A DNA stretch of 64,000 bases, from contig JBEEFT010000184.1 in NCBI GenBank assembly GCA_041166225.1, positions 6,058 to 70,057 on the forward strand, read 5' to 3'. This document shows positions 27,181-36,354 of the stretch, one piece after another (the stretch's first letter is position 1; each line of letters begins with the position of its first letter). Under the pieces are notes generated by a model, which did not search any database, was not told the DNA's origin, and was given only the letters and a program-made list of their open reading frames with translations. The translations under genes and the position numbers were made by a program. Origin of the DNA: Actinomycetota bacterium (GTDB taxonomy: Bacteria; Actinomycetota; Acidimicrobiia; Acidimicrobiales; JACCXE01).

Positions 27181-28389
27181 ATGGCCACTGAAGACATCTA
27201 CATCCTCGGCATCACGATGACGAAGTTTGGCAAGCACCCGGACAAGGACATCATCGACCTCGCGTCCGAAGCCGCCCTCGGTGCTATCGCCGACTCCGGG
27301 ATCTCGATGAAGGAAATCGGGATCCTCGGCTTCGGCAACCTGATGGGCCAGAACTCGGGCCAGATGCTGCAAAAGCAGATCGGCCAGACCGGCATCCCCG
27401 TCTACAACGTGAGCAACGCATGCGCGACGGGAGCGACGGCGCTGCGCACCGCGATCATGGCGATCAAGGCCGGCGAGACCGACGCCGGTCTCGCCGTCGG
27501 CGTCGAGAAGCTCGCCGGCGCCGGCCTGCTCGGCCAGAGCGGCGGCGGCGCGAAGACGGGCGAGAAGTATCAGTACGCGCCGTCGGGCCGCTTCGGTTCG
27601 GTCGCAGGTACCGACGGGCGGATCGGCACCAACACCATGCCCGGCGTCTTCGCGCAGATCGGCCAGGAGTACGGCCACAAGTACGGCGGAACTTCGTTTG
27701 AACTCTTCGCCAAGATCAGCGAGAAGAACCACGCGCACTCCACGCTCAACCCGATGGCGGCGTATCAGAAGCGCATGACGCTCGAAGAGATCATGGGTGA
27801 CGTGATGATCGCCTACCCGAACACCCGTCCGATGTGCTCGGCCAACTGCGACGGCGCGGCTGCCGCGGTTGTCGTGAGCGGCACCAAGCTGAAGACCCTT
27901 TCGCTCGAACAGCAACGCCGTGCCGTGAAGGTCAGCGCGTCGATCCTCACGACCGACCCGTACGAAGAAGCGTGCCAAGTGCTGCCCGACGTCAACCAGC
28001 TCACGAAGAACGCGGCCAAGCAGGCTTACGAGCAGGCCGGCGTCGGCCCGTCCGATCTCAACCTCGTCGAGCTGCACGACTGCTTCGCCACCGCCGAGCT
28101 TGTTCACTACGACAACCTCGGTTTGTGTGAAGAGGGCGGCGCGGCCGACTTCTTCAACTCCGGCGCCACATGGCGCGACGGGTCGACTCCGGTGAACGTC
28201 TCCGGCGGCCTCGAGTCGAAAGGCCATCCGATCGCAGCTACCGGGATCGCGAACATCTGGGAGGTTTGCCATCACCTCCGCGGTGAAGCGGGCGACCGTC
28301 AGATCGAAGGCGCCAAGGTCGGTCTCGCGCACGTCATCGGCCTCGGCAACGCCTGCGGCATTCACATCCTCGAGAAGTCAGCGCTGTAG
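27181..28389 (+). CDS. Thiolase-like lipid-transfer protein (SCP-x/Ltp type)
   Basis: VSNACATGATAL is the active-site Cys context. ...LVELHDCFA... and ..GLESKGHPIAATG.. are motifs of the thiolase C-terminal domain. Confidence 0.85.
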   Translation: MATEDIYILGITMTKFGKHPDKDIIDLASEAALGAIADSGISMKEIGILGFGNLMGQNSGQMLQKQIGQTGIPVYNVSNACATGATALRTAIMAIKAGETDAGLAVGVEKLAGAGLLGQSGGGAKTGEKYQYAPSGRFGSVAGTDGRIGTNTMPGVFAQIGQEYGHKYGGTSFELFAKISEKNHAHSTLNPMAAYQKRMTLEEIMGDVMIAYPNTRPMCSANCDGAAAAVVVSGTKLKTLSLEQQRRAVKVSASILTTDPYEEACQVLPDVNQLTKNAAKQAYEQAGVGPSDLNLVELHDCFATAELVHYDNLGLCEEGGAADFFNSGATWRDGSTPVNVSGGLESKGHPIAATGIANIWEVCHHLRGEAGDRQIEGAKVGLAHVIGLGNACGIHILEKSAL

Positions 28390-28475
28390 CAATCCGCAGC
28401 GTCGCTTTTCCCAAGCAGTACTGGTATCCGGTCGCGCAATCGCGTGACCTGAAGCGGAAGCCGATTTCGGTTTCG

Positions 28476-29477
28476 ATGATGGACGAGCCGCTGGCGATCT
28501 TTCGAGATGCCAGCGGCTCGCCGCGTGCGGTGCTCGACCGCTGCCCGCATCGCAACGCGGCCCTGAGCGACGGACGCGTCGCCGCCGACGGCTGCATCGA
28601 GTGCCCGTACCACGGGTGGCGTTTCGACGGCGAAGGCGAATGCGTCGAAGTGCCTGGTCTGTTCTCCGGCGACGCGGCGCGAGCGACCGCGCGCAACGTC
28701 GTGTCGCACGCCGCGACCGAGCGCGACGGCTTCGTGTACGTATGGGCCGAGGCCGGAGGCACGCCGACGCGTGAGCCGTTCGCGATGCCCGACCTGATCA
28801 ACTCGGTACACGCAACCGGCAAGCGTAAGAAGTGGCAGGTCGGCCAGGTGGTGTTTCCCGTCGACCTCGACGCCACGCTGCACGCCGCGCTCGAGAACAC
28901 CCTCGACGTGCCCCACACCGCATTTCTGCACAAGGGCATCTTCCGCGGCAAGCGACTCAAGGAACTGCACGCCGTGCGCCGCGACTTCGACGGCGGCGTC
29001 GAAGTGGAATTCCTCGGCGAACCCGTCGGGCTCGGTCCCATCCAGGGCGGGCCGCTGGCGAACAAGACGTTCAAACACTGGGACCGGTTCCTCATGCCGT
29101 CGATCGCGCAGGTCGAATATCGCGTCGAGCCGTGGGTCGAAGTCTTCAACAACGTGATTCACGTTCCGCTATCGCCGAACGTCACGCGGGCCTGGTTCGT
29201 GTTCCGTTGGTGGACGCCGCTGCCCGCTGCCATCTGGAAGCCGATTATCGAAGTGCAGGGCCGCATGGTGCTGCGCCAAGACGTGAAGGCGATGAAAAAG
29301 CAGTCGGCGAACATCGACCGCTTCGGCGGCGAACGTTTCGCGTCCACCGACCTGGATCTGCTGGGCGCCGCGATCTGGCGGATGCTGCGTCAAGCCGAGA
29401 AGGCTGAAGACCGAGCGGCATCGTCCCTAGACGACACGCTCGTCGAAGGCTCCGACTCGCTGACCTTCAAGGCCTAA
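28476..29477 (+). CDS. Rieske [2Fe-2S] oxygenase (PaO/Tic55-like). The true N-terminus probably lies upstream of the first canonical start.
   Basis: The Rieske motif is CPHRNAALSDG...CPYHGWRF. The in-frame upstream codons (28404-28475) encode AFPKQYWYPVAQSRDLKRKPISVS, which is the conserved Rieske N-terminal strand, yet they contain no ATG, GTG or TTG. Confidence 0.8.
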   Translation: MMDEPLAIFRDASGSPRAVLDRCPHRNAALSDGRVAADGCIECPYHGWRFDGEGECVEVPGLFSGDAARATARNVVSHAATERDGFVYVWAEAGGTPTREPFAMPDLINSVHATGKRKKWQVGQVVFPVDLDATLHAALENTLDVPHTAFLHKGIFRGKRLKELHAVRRDFDGGVEVEFLGEPVGLGPIQGGPLANKTFKHWDRFLMPSIAQVEYRVEPWVEVFNNVIHVPLSPNVTRAWFVFRWWTPLPAAIWKPIIEVQGRMVLRQDVKAMKKQSANIDRFGGERFASTDLDLLGAAIWRMLRQAEKAEDRAASSLDDTLVEGSDSLTFKA

Positions 29478-29490
29478 GCAGCACAACGCG

Positions 29491-30198
29491 CTAGTCCTCA
29501 GATCGGTCGACGAGGCGATAGCCGACGCCAGGCTCGGTAATCAGCCGCGGCCTGCCGGGATCGTCGTCAAGCTTCTTGCGTAGCTGGCTGGCGTAGACGC
29601 GCAGATACTGCGTCTCGGTGCCATAACCCTTACCCCACACCTGCTCCAGGATCATTCGGTGGCTTAAAACGCGCCCGGGATGCCGAGCCAACGCAGCGAT
29701 AAACCCGAACTCCTTGGGCGTGAGATCGACGGCGCGCCCCTCGACGGTCACAGTGTGGTGCGGCAGGTCGACGCGCACGTCGCCCACCTCGAGCACTGCC
29801 TCATCTACGGCGACCGCCGCGCGCGAGCGGTGCCGCAGCGCCACGCGAACGCGGGCGAGAAGTTCGGGGAGCGAGAAGGGTTTGGTGACGTAGTCGTCGG
29901 CGCCTTCGTCGAGCGCCGCTACTTTCCGGTCGTCCGCGCCTTCGGCCGTGAGCACGATGATCGGCAACTGCGACCACATCCGGATACGGCGGCAAACTTC
30001 GATCCCGTCAATGTCGGGCAAACCCAAGTCGAGGATCACGATCGACGGATCTGACGAAGCCGCTCGGTCCAATGCGTCGAGTCCCGTCGCCGCCTGCACG
30101 ACGCGGTAGCCCCGCGCTTCGAGCGCAGCCGTGAGGGCCCGCGTAATCGATGGTTCGTCGTCCACGACCAGGACCGTCTCGCCGGTCGCGTCAGTCAC
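29491..30198 (-). CDS. OmpR/PhoB-family response regulator (KdpE-like)
   Basis: The receiver domain is VLVVDDEPSI...ILDLGLPDIDG...TAEG...KPF. The winged-helix domain is ...LTPKEFGFIAALARHPGRVLSHRMILEQVWG...YLRVYASQLRKKL. The GTG at 30198 overlaps the kinase stop by 8 nt. Confidence 0.85.
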   Translation of the reverse strand: MTDATGETVLVVDDEPSITRALTAALEARGYRVVQAATGLDALDRAASSDPSIVILDLGLPDIDGIEVCRRIRMWSQLPIIVLTAEGADDRKVAALDEGADDYVTKPFSLPELLARVRVALRHRSRAAVAVDEAVLEVGDVRVDLPHHTVTVEGRAVDLTPKEFGFIAALARHPGRVLSHRMILEQVWGKGYGTETQYLRVYASQLRKKLDDDPGRPRLITEPGVGYRLVDRSED

Positions 30199-31327
30199 GG
30201 CGAACCGGCAGACTGAACGAGAAGCGCGCGCCTCCGCCTGGCTCACCCGTGAGTTCGATGCGGCCGCCGTGGGCCTCCACGATCGCCCGACAGATCGCGA
30301 GACCAACACCGCTCGACTGGCTGCCGTCCCCGCGTTGGAATGGCTCGAAGATGCGCTCGGCCTGGTACGTCGGAACGCCGGTACCCTCGTCGCTCACCCA
30401 CGCCACGACGACGTCGCCACCCTGACGGGCGCCGACGCGGACCATCGAGCGTGGCGGTGAATGTCGCGCCGCGTTCTCGAGGAGGTTGGTGATCACTTGA
30501 TCAATTAGGACATAGTCCGCGTCGACCAGCGGCAAGTCTGTAGGAAGCTCGACCTGGACGCGCACTTGGCGGAACAACCGGTCGAGTCGTCGGACTCGTT
30601 CGTTCACGAGTTCCTCCAGGTCGACCGCCTGCAGTTGCGGACGCAACGCGCCCGCTTCGATGCGGCTCAGGCTGAGCAGGTTCGCGACGAGCCGGTCGAG
30701 GCGTTGTGCCTCGTCGGCGACGAGGTCGAGCAATTCGTGGCGCGTCGCGTCGTCGTATGCAGCGTCGGAACGAAGATCGGTGGCTACGGCGCGGATCGTC
30801 GCCAGCGGTGTGCGCAGGTCGTGCGACACGGAACGGATCAGAGCGCGTCGCTGTTCATCCACCTGTTCCAGTACCGCGAGTCGCGTCGCTTCGTCGGCGT
30901 GCGCCTCGCGTTCGGCGACCACCGCTTCGTAGCGTTCGTGCATCTCCTGTATTTCGGCGGCGCGCGCTTCGGCGGCGCGCCGTCGCTCGGCCTCCGACGC
31001 CACGACGGTGCCGAGGATCACCGCAACGGCCAGGAAAACTGCGAGCGCAACGCCGTCGTCGAGTAGCGCAATTTTGGGCGTCCAGAAGGGACGAATGAAC
31101 GCGAGATTGAACGCGACGGCGGACATGACGCCGATGGCGAGCGCTGCGACGCGACCACCCAACAGCGCCGCGATCAGCACGGGGACGACCAACAGCAGCG
31201 CGGGTGTGGCGCGGCTGATCGAGTCGCGTGCGGGCACCAAAGCGGACGTGACCACGACGACCGCAACAGCGCCCGCAAGCGCGCCGGCCCAAGAAACCGG
31301 CTCGCGGCCGAACCGGTAGGGGGTCAC
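30191..31327 (-). CDS. Sensor histidine kinase with a DUF4118-type membrane domain (KdpD C-terminal-like, with no N-terminal Kdp sensor domain)
   Basis: Four TM helices resemble KdpD DUF4118. The H-box is IRSVSHDLRTPLATI, the N-box is QVITNLLENAARHSP and the G-boxes are DEGTGVP and GVGLAICRAIVEAHGG. Confidence 0.85.
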   Translation of the reverse strand: MTPYRFGREPVSWAGALAGAVAVVVVTSALVPARDSISRATPALLLVVPVLIAALLGGRVAALAIGVMSAVAFNLAFIRPFWTPKIALLDDGVALAVFLAVAVILGTVVASEAERRRAAEARAAEIQEMHERYEAVVAEREAHADEATRLAVLEQVDEQRRALIRSVSHDLRTPLATIRAVATDLRSDAAYDDATRHELLDLVADEAQRLDRLVANLLSLSRIEAGALRPQLQAVDLEELVNERVRRLDRLFRQVRVQVELPTDLPLVDADYVLIDQVITNLLENAARHSPPRSMVRVGARQGGDVVVAWVSDEGTGVPTYQAERIFEPFQRGDGSQSSGVGLAICRAIVEAHGGRIELTGEPGGGARFSFSLPVRRD

Positions 31328-31335
31328 ACTCGTGA

Positions 31336-31355
31336 TCTTTGCGCTTTCTTTGCGC
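31336..31355. promoter_or_regulatory. Direct repeat TCTTTGCGC x2 at 11-nt period, a candidate OmpR-family response-regulator binding site
   Basis: TCTTTGCGC-tt-TCTTTGCGC lies 9-28 nt upstream of the kinase GTG (31327), in the divergent region shared with the APC-permease gene. Confidence 0.45.
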
Positions 31356-31483
31356 GCTCGGGCGCGTCCTTACGGCTTCTTTACAACTACACGGTGTTCA
31401 CTCGACACGTGGTTACGTCCGCTCCACCAAGACCCATCCCGCCCACCCCCGCGTTGGACTTGCCCGAAGACCGCCGTTACCGG

Positions 31484-33388
31484 ATGAAACGCCGGTTCCT
31501 CGGTGCGCCGCTGCACACTGCGGAGCTTGCGCACGAACGGCTTGGAAAGCCGACGGCGCTCGCGGTGTTCGCGTCCGACAACTTGTCATCTTCGGCCTAC
31601 GCCACCGAAGAGATCCTGCGCGTACTCGTGCCTGCGATTGGCGTCGCCGCGTTCGCGCTCGTAGTGCCGATCACCGTTGCGTTACTGATCGTGCTTGGTT
31701 TTCTGATCCTGTCCTACCGACAGACGATCAAGGCCTACCCGACCGCGGGCGGCGCCTACATCGTCACCAAAGACAACTTCGGGTTGTTGCCGGCGCAAGT
31801 CGCCGGCGTAGCGCTGCTGACCGACTACATCCTTACCGTGTCGGTTTCGGTCGCCGCAGGCACCGCCGCGCTGACGTCGGTGTTTTCCGCGCTGGCGCCG
31901 TGGGCCGTCCCGATCTCGGTCGCCTTCATCGGCGTCATCGCTTTTGGGAACCTGCGCGGCGTAAAGGAGTCCGGCAAGGTTTTCGCGGTGCCCACGTACT
32001 ACTTCCTGATCAACATGGTGGTGCTGCTTACCGTCGGTCTTTTCAAGCTGTTTCTGGGGCATCTGCCGGTGGAGTCGCTCCATCAGCCCGGGCTCGTGCA
32101 CGTCGGTCATAGCGCGGCCGACGGTGCGCTGTTCGCGGGCGCGGGCATTTATGTCGTGATGCACGCGTTTGCGTCGGGGGGTGCCGCGGTAACCGGCGTC
32201 GAAGCCATCTCCAATGGAGTGCCGGCGTTCAAGGTGCCCGAGTGGAAGAACGCGCGCGAAACGCTGGTGGTGATGGGTTCGTTGTTGGGCGCGATGTTCC
32301 TCGGCCTTTCGATGTTGGCCGCGCACCTGCACGTCACACCCTTCGAAGCCGGCACGCCGACAGTCATCTCTCAGATCGGCAAGCTCGTGTACGGGCGCGG
32401 CGCGCTCGGCACGTTGCTGTACCTCGGGTTGCAATCGGGCACCGTGCTCATTCTCGTGCTCGCGGCAAACACTTCATTTGCGGACTTTCCTCGTCTCGCC
32501 AGCTTCCACGCGGGTGACAACTTCATGCCGCGACAGCTCACGAAACGGGGCCACCGTCTTGTGTTCTCCAACGGCATCATCAGCCTCGCGATCGCGTCGG
32601 CTGTCCTCGTGGTGTTGACCGAAGCCAAGGTCGACCGCTTGATCCCGCTTTACGCGATCGGCGTGTTCACCAGCTTCACGCTGAGCCAAGGTGGGATGGC
32701 GAAACACCACATCACCCATAAAGAAGATGGGTGGCGAACGGGTTTGTTCGTCAATGGCATGGGTGCGCTCTTGTCGCTGGTCGTCGACGTGATCATCGCG
32801 ATCACCAAGTTCACTCACGGTGCCTGGGTGATTGTCGTGCTGGTGCCGGTGATGGTCGCGATGCTCGTTCGGCTGAACCGTCAATACGAGTCGGAGGCGC
32901 ATGAGTTGGCGGCCGACGCCAAACTGGCGGCCGAGGCACCGGTTCTGCGTCGTCACGTGGTGCTCGTTCTCGTGGACTCGCTCGACCGCGCTGCCGCGCG
33001 CGCATTGCAGGTCGCACGCACGCTGCACCCCGACGAGTTGCGCGCCGTGCACATCGCGGTGGACCTGTACCGAGCGGAGCTTCTGGCCGAGGAGTGGCGC
33101 CGGTTGGGGCTGAGCCGGTTGCCGCTGGAACTCGTTGATTGTCCGGATCGGCGCCTCGCCCGGAGCGTGCTCGAGGTCGCGGCCGAAGCGACGGCCGACG
33201 GCGAGACCGAGGTGAGCGTGCTCGTGCCCCGCCTCGAGCACCGCCGTGCATGGCATCACCTCCTGCACGACCGAACCGGCGAGACGATCGCTGACGCACT
33301 CGGGCAACTCGATCATGTGAACGTCACGTTCGTGCCGTATCGCCTCGGATCGCGAAAGGACAACCTCGATGTCTCTATTGATGCGTAA
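31484..33388 (+). CDS. APC-superfamily permease with a C-terminal cytoplasmic domain (Rv2690c-like)
   Basis: MKRRFLGAPLHTAELAHERLGKPTALAVFASDNLSSSAYATEEIL is followed by about 12 TM helices and a C-terminal soluble part of about 200 aa. The start is uncertain: ATG at 31484 or GTG at 31394. Confidence 0.75.
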   Translation: MKRRFLGAPLHTAELAHERLGKPTALAVFASDNLSSSAYATEEILRVLVPAIGVAAFALVVPITVALLIVLGFLILSYRQTIKAYPTAGGAYIVTKDNFGLLPAQVAGVALLTDYILTVSVSVAAGTAALTSVFSALAPWAVPISVAFIGVIAFGNLRGVKESGKVFAVPTYYFLINMVVLLTVGLFKLFLGHLPVESLHQPGLVHVGHSAADGALFAGAGIYVVMHAFASGGAAVTGVEAISNGVPAFKVPEWKNARETLVVMGSLLGAMFLGLSMLAAHLHVTPFEAGTPTVISQIGKLVYGRGALGTLLYLGLQSGTVLILVLAANTSFADFPRLASFHAGDNFMPRQLTKRGHRLVFSNGIISLAIASAVLVVLTEAKVDRLIPLYAIGVFTSFTLSQGGMAKHHITHKEDGWRTGLFVNGMGALLSLVVDVIIAITKFTHGAWVIVVLVPVMVAMLVRLNRQYESEAHELAADAKLAAEAPVLRRHVVLVLVDSLDRAAARALQVARTLHPDELRAVHIAVDLYRAELLAEEWRRLGLSRLPLELVDCPDRRLARSVLEVAAEATADGETEVSVLVPRLEHRRAWHHLLHDRTGETIADALGQLDHVNVTFVPYRLGSRKDNLDVSIDA

Positions 33389-33749
33389 CCGACGCGCGGC
33401 CGCCGATCTCAAGAACGCCAGGTCTGCAGTTGAGGAAGCAGCGGTAGCGCTGCGAGCGTGCGTGCCCATTGCTTCCGTTGTTTGGCGGCAGCCCGTGCGC
33501 GTGCAAGGTCGCGTGCGGTCGATGCGGGTGCAGCCCTGGGCCGATGTCGCGAGCCTGGAGTGCACGCTGGTCGATGAGAGCGGCGGCATCACGGTGGTGT
33601 TCCTCGGACGCCGCAAGATCGCGGGGATTCATCCGGGCACCGTGATGTGCGTGGAAGGAGTGTCGGGCTCCCACCGCGGCAAGCTGGCAATGATGAACCC
33701 CGTTTACGAACTGATCGAGACGCCCCACGTCGAGGTTCCGCACCACTAA
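33369..33749 (+). CDS. OB-fold nucleic-acid-binding-domain protein (Rv2694c-like)
   Basis: ...VRVQGRVRSMRVQPWADVASLECTLVDESGGITVVFLGRRKIAGIHPGTVMCVEG. An alternative start, ATG at 33381, overlaps the permease stop. Confidence 0.6.
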   Translation: MSLLMRNRRAAADLKNARSAVEEAAVALRACVPIASVVWRQPVRVQGRVRSMRVQPWADVASLECTLVDESGGITVVFLGRRKIAGIHPGTVMCVEGVSGSHRGKLAMMNPVYELIETPHVEVPHH

Positions 33750-33767
33750 ACGACGTAGCGTCGCGTC

Positions 33768-34589
33768 GTGGTGTTTGACGGGGCTGCGGCGCGCGCCGAA
33801 TACGAGCGCGACGGGTATTGGATCGCGCCGAGGTTGTTTGCGGCCGACGACGTTGCTCGCTTCGTCGCTGCGTCAGAACGCGTCGTCGACGGTGATTACC
33901 GGACGGGCCGGGCCCCGACGCTGTGCCTACCGCTGTCGCCGCAGGCTTCCGACCTGCGCAAGATCGATAACGCATGGTGGGCCGACGACGATCTCGCGGC
34001 GCTTGCGACGTCGCCTGTTCTCGGCGAAATAGCCGCAGCGTTGCTCGGGGCCGCGTCGGTCCGATTGTGGCAGGACCAGTTGCTCTACAAGCCGCCCGGC
34101 GGGCGCACGGAAACGACAATCGGATGGCACCAGGACTGGGCCAGTTGGAACAGCGTCGCGTCGCGTGACGCTTTCGTCACGGCCTGGGTTGCGTTCGACG
34201 ACGTCGACGACGACAACGGCGCAATGCAGATGATCCCGGGTAGTCACGCGTGGGGGCTGGTCGAAGGGGCCAGCAACTTCTTCGACACTGACCGCGACCA
34301 ACAGTTGCGCGTGATCGGCGAACGCGGCGCGCCGGCTCCGCGGTCGGTGGTGATGAAGGCCGGCGAAGTGAGTTTTCATCACCCCCTGACGTTCCACGGC
34401 AGCGGACCGAACACTTCCGACCGCATGCGTCGATCGCTCGCGATCCACTTCGTCGACGGCGACGTCGAAGCGGTGTCGCGCGACGGAATTTGGCAGCACT
34501 ACAACCTGGCACTGTTTCGCGAGCGCGGCGGCCGGACGGGTGAGCATTACCGATTCGACGACCTCTGCCCTGAGGTTTATCCCGTCTAA
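33768..34589 (+). CDS. Phytanoyl-CoA dioxygenase (PhyH) family Fe(II)/2-oxoglutarate oxygenase
   Basis: ..YERDGYWIAPRLF.., WHQDWASW (the HxD facial triad), ..FHHPLTFHGSGPN. Confidence 0.75.
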   Translation: MVFDGAAARAEYERDGYWIAPRLFAADDVARFVAASERVVDGDYRTGRAPTLCLPLSPQASDLRKIDNAWWADDDLAALATSPVLGEIAAALLGAASVRLWQDQLLYKPPGGRTETTIGWHQDWASWNSVASRDAFVTAWVAFDDVDDDNGAMQMIPGSHAWGLVEGASNFFDTDRDQQLRVIGERGAPAPRSVVMKAGEVSFHHPLTFHGSGPNTSDRMRRSLAIHFVDGDVEAVSRDGIWQHYNLALFRERGGRTGEHYRFDDLCPEVYPV

Positions 34590-35116
34590 GAAACAACCGC
34601 GCGTTTCGTGGCGTGATGGCGTGCGTTCTCGACGTAGTGAGCGCTGCTTAGGCGCAGGTGGGCCTTGGCCGTTTCGTCGAGGTCACGGATTATTTTCGCC
34701 GGGACTCCGGCGGCCAACACTCCGGGCGGAATGTGTTGACCCTCTTTGACGAGCGCGCCCGCGGCAATCAACGACTCCGCCCCGACGACGGCGCCGTTGA
34801 GCACGGTCGCGTGAAGCCCGACGAGGCACCCATCTTCGAGCGTGGCGCCGTGGATCATCGCTGCGTGACCAATCGTGACGCCGGCGCCGACCGTGAGCGG
34901 CACCCCGGGGTCGGTGTGCATCACGGTGTTGTCTTGCACGTTGGAGCCTTCGCCGATCGTGATCGTCTCGAACTCCGACCGCAGGACGCAGCCGTACCAA
35001 ACGCTGGCGTTCGCCTTGAGCACGATGTTGCCTATGAGCACGGCGTTGTCGGCGATCCAGGCGGTGGGGTCGATCTTGGGCGTGTGATCACCGAATGAGA
35101 AGAGATGGGGCTGCAT
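34586..35116 (-). CDS. Gamma-carbonic-anhydrase-like hexapeptide-repeat protein
   Basis: PKIDPTAWIADNAVLIGNIVLKANASVWYGCVLR......ITIGEGSNVQDNTVMHTD is a left-handed beta-helix, YrdA/PaaY-like. Confidence 0.85.
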   Translation of the reverse strand: MQPHLFSFGDHTPKIDPTAWIADNAVLIGNIVLKANASVWYGCVLRSEFETITIGEGSNVQDNTVMHTDPGVPLTVGAGVTIGHAAMIHGATLEDGCLVGLHATVLNGAVVGAESLIAAGALVKEGQHIPPGVLAAGVPAKIIRDLDETAKAHLRLSSAHYVENARHHATKRAVVS

Positions 35117-35145
35117 CGCCGCAACTTATTGGCCATGCTGGCGGG

Positions 35146-36354
35146 ATGACGACGTTGCTCGAAGACGCCCGGTCGCTCCAGGACGGCACGGTCGCGTTGC
35201 GCCGGTCGCTGCACGCTCATCCCGAACTCGGCCTTGAGCTGCCGTGGACGCAACAGCGCGTCGTCGATGAACTGGCCGACCTGCCGATCACGTTGACGGC
35301 GGGGGCCGGTTGCACGTCGGTGATCGGTGTGCTCGACGGTGCCGAGCCCGGCCCCACGGTGTTGCTGCGCGGCGACATGGACGCCCTGCCGATGCCCGAG
35401 GACACCGGCCTTGAGTTCGCTTCCGGAGTCGACGGCGTGATGCACGCGTGCGGGCACGACGCGCACACCGCGATGCTCGCGTCGGCCGCGCGGCTCCTCA
35501 GCGACCGCCGCAACGAAATCGCCGGACGCATCGTGTTCATGTTCCAGCCCGGCGAAGAGGGCGCGTTCGGCGCGCAGGTGATGCTCGACAACGGTCTGTT
35601 CGCCACTGCCGGTCGACCGGATGCGGCGTTTGCGCTCCATCAGTCGCCGACGGTGCCCAACGGGATGATCGCGCTGAAGCCGGGGGCGATCATGGCGGCA
35701 ACCAACAACTTCTTCATTCGCGTCGTCGGCAAGGGCGGCCACGCGTCGATGCCGCACCTCGCGGTCGACCCGATCCCGCCCGCCTGCGAAATCGTGTCCG
35801 CCATGCAGGCCTACGTGACCCGCCGCGTCGATGCCTTCGACCCCGCCGTCGTCACTGTCGCGAAGATTCGCGCCGGCACCACAGTCAACGTCGTGCCGGA
35901 GGACGCGCTGCTCATCGGCACAATCCGAACGGTCTCGCCCAAGACGCGCGCCGCCGTTGTGCAAGGGATCGAAGATTTAGCCAAAGGCATCGCCGCCGCG
36001 CACGGTTGCGTCGCCGAGGTGGAGATGACGCCGGGCTACCCGGTCACGGTCAACGACGACACGATGGCTGGATACCTGCGCGACGTAGCAACGGAACTGC
36101 TCGGCGAGACGCTCGTGCGGGTTATGCCTGCACCGGTAATGGGGGCCGAAGACTTCTCTTACGTGCTCAACGAGGTGCCGGGGGCACTCGCGTTCCTCGG
36201 GACGATGCCGGCTGACCACTCCGGATTCGTGGCGCCGAACCATTCGAATCGCATGGTGCTCGACGAAACCGCGCTGGCGACCGGCGTGGCGTTGTATGCG
36301 TCGGCCGCGCTGCGTTTCGCGTCCAGCGTCACGGCCGACGACTCGCGCGGTTGA
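35146..36354 (+). CDS. M20D-family amidohydrolase (N-acyl-amino-acid/hippurate hydrolase type)
   Basis: LRRSLHAHPELG...LLRGDMDALPM.E......S...GVMHACGHDAHTAML. The start at 35146 avoids an overlap with the divergent neighbour. Confidence 0.85.
   Translation: MTTLLEDARSLQDGTVALRRSLHAHPELGLELPWTQQRVVDELADLPITLTAGAGCTSVIGVLDGAEPGPTVLLRGDMDALPMPEDTGLEFASGVDGVMHACGHDAHTAMLASAARLLSDRRNEIAGRIVFMFQPGEEGAFGAQVMLDNGLFATAGRPDAAFALHQSPTVPNGMIALKPGAIMAATNNFFIRVVGKGGHASMPHLAVDPIPPACEIVSAMQAYVTRRVDAFDPAVVTVAKIRAGTTVNVVPEDALLIGTIRTVSPKTRAAVVQGIEDLAKGIAAAHGCVAEVEMTPGYPVTVNDDTMAGYLRDVATELLGETLVRVMPAPVMGAEDFSYVLNEVPGALAFLGTMPADHSGFVAPNHSNRMVLDETALATGVALYASAALRFASSVTADDSRG

Noticed and set aside
26704-28365. Very long ORFs antisense to recognisable genes. 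Examples are 26704..28365 (553 aa), 4488..6101, 16336..17961, 23628..24878, 37289..38563, 47105..48421, 53314..54558, 58928..60265 and 60293..61627.
   Set aside because: Their translations are Arg/Gly/Ala/Pro/His-rich low-complexity strings with no motifs. The opposite strand in each case encodes a protein with clear family signatures. This is the usual shadow-ORF artefact of high-GC DNA.
31328-31483. A possible riboswitch, for example c-di-AMP/ydaO-type, in the leader of the APC permease.
   Set aside because: I could not fold a convincing conserved structure or find the characteristic motifs by eye. Only the 11-nt-phased direct repeat stands out.
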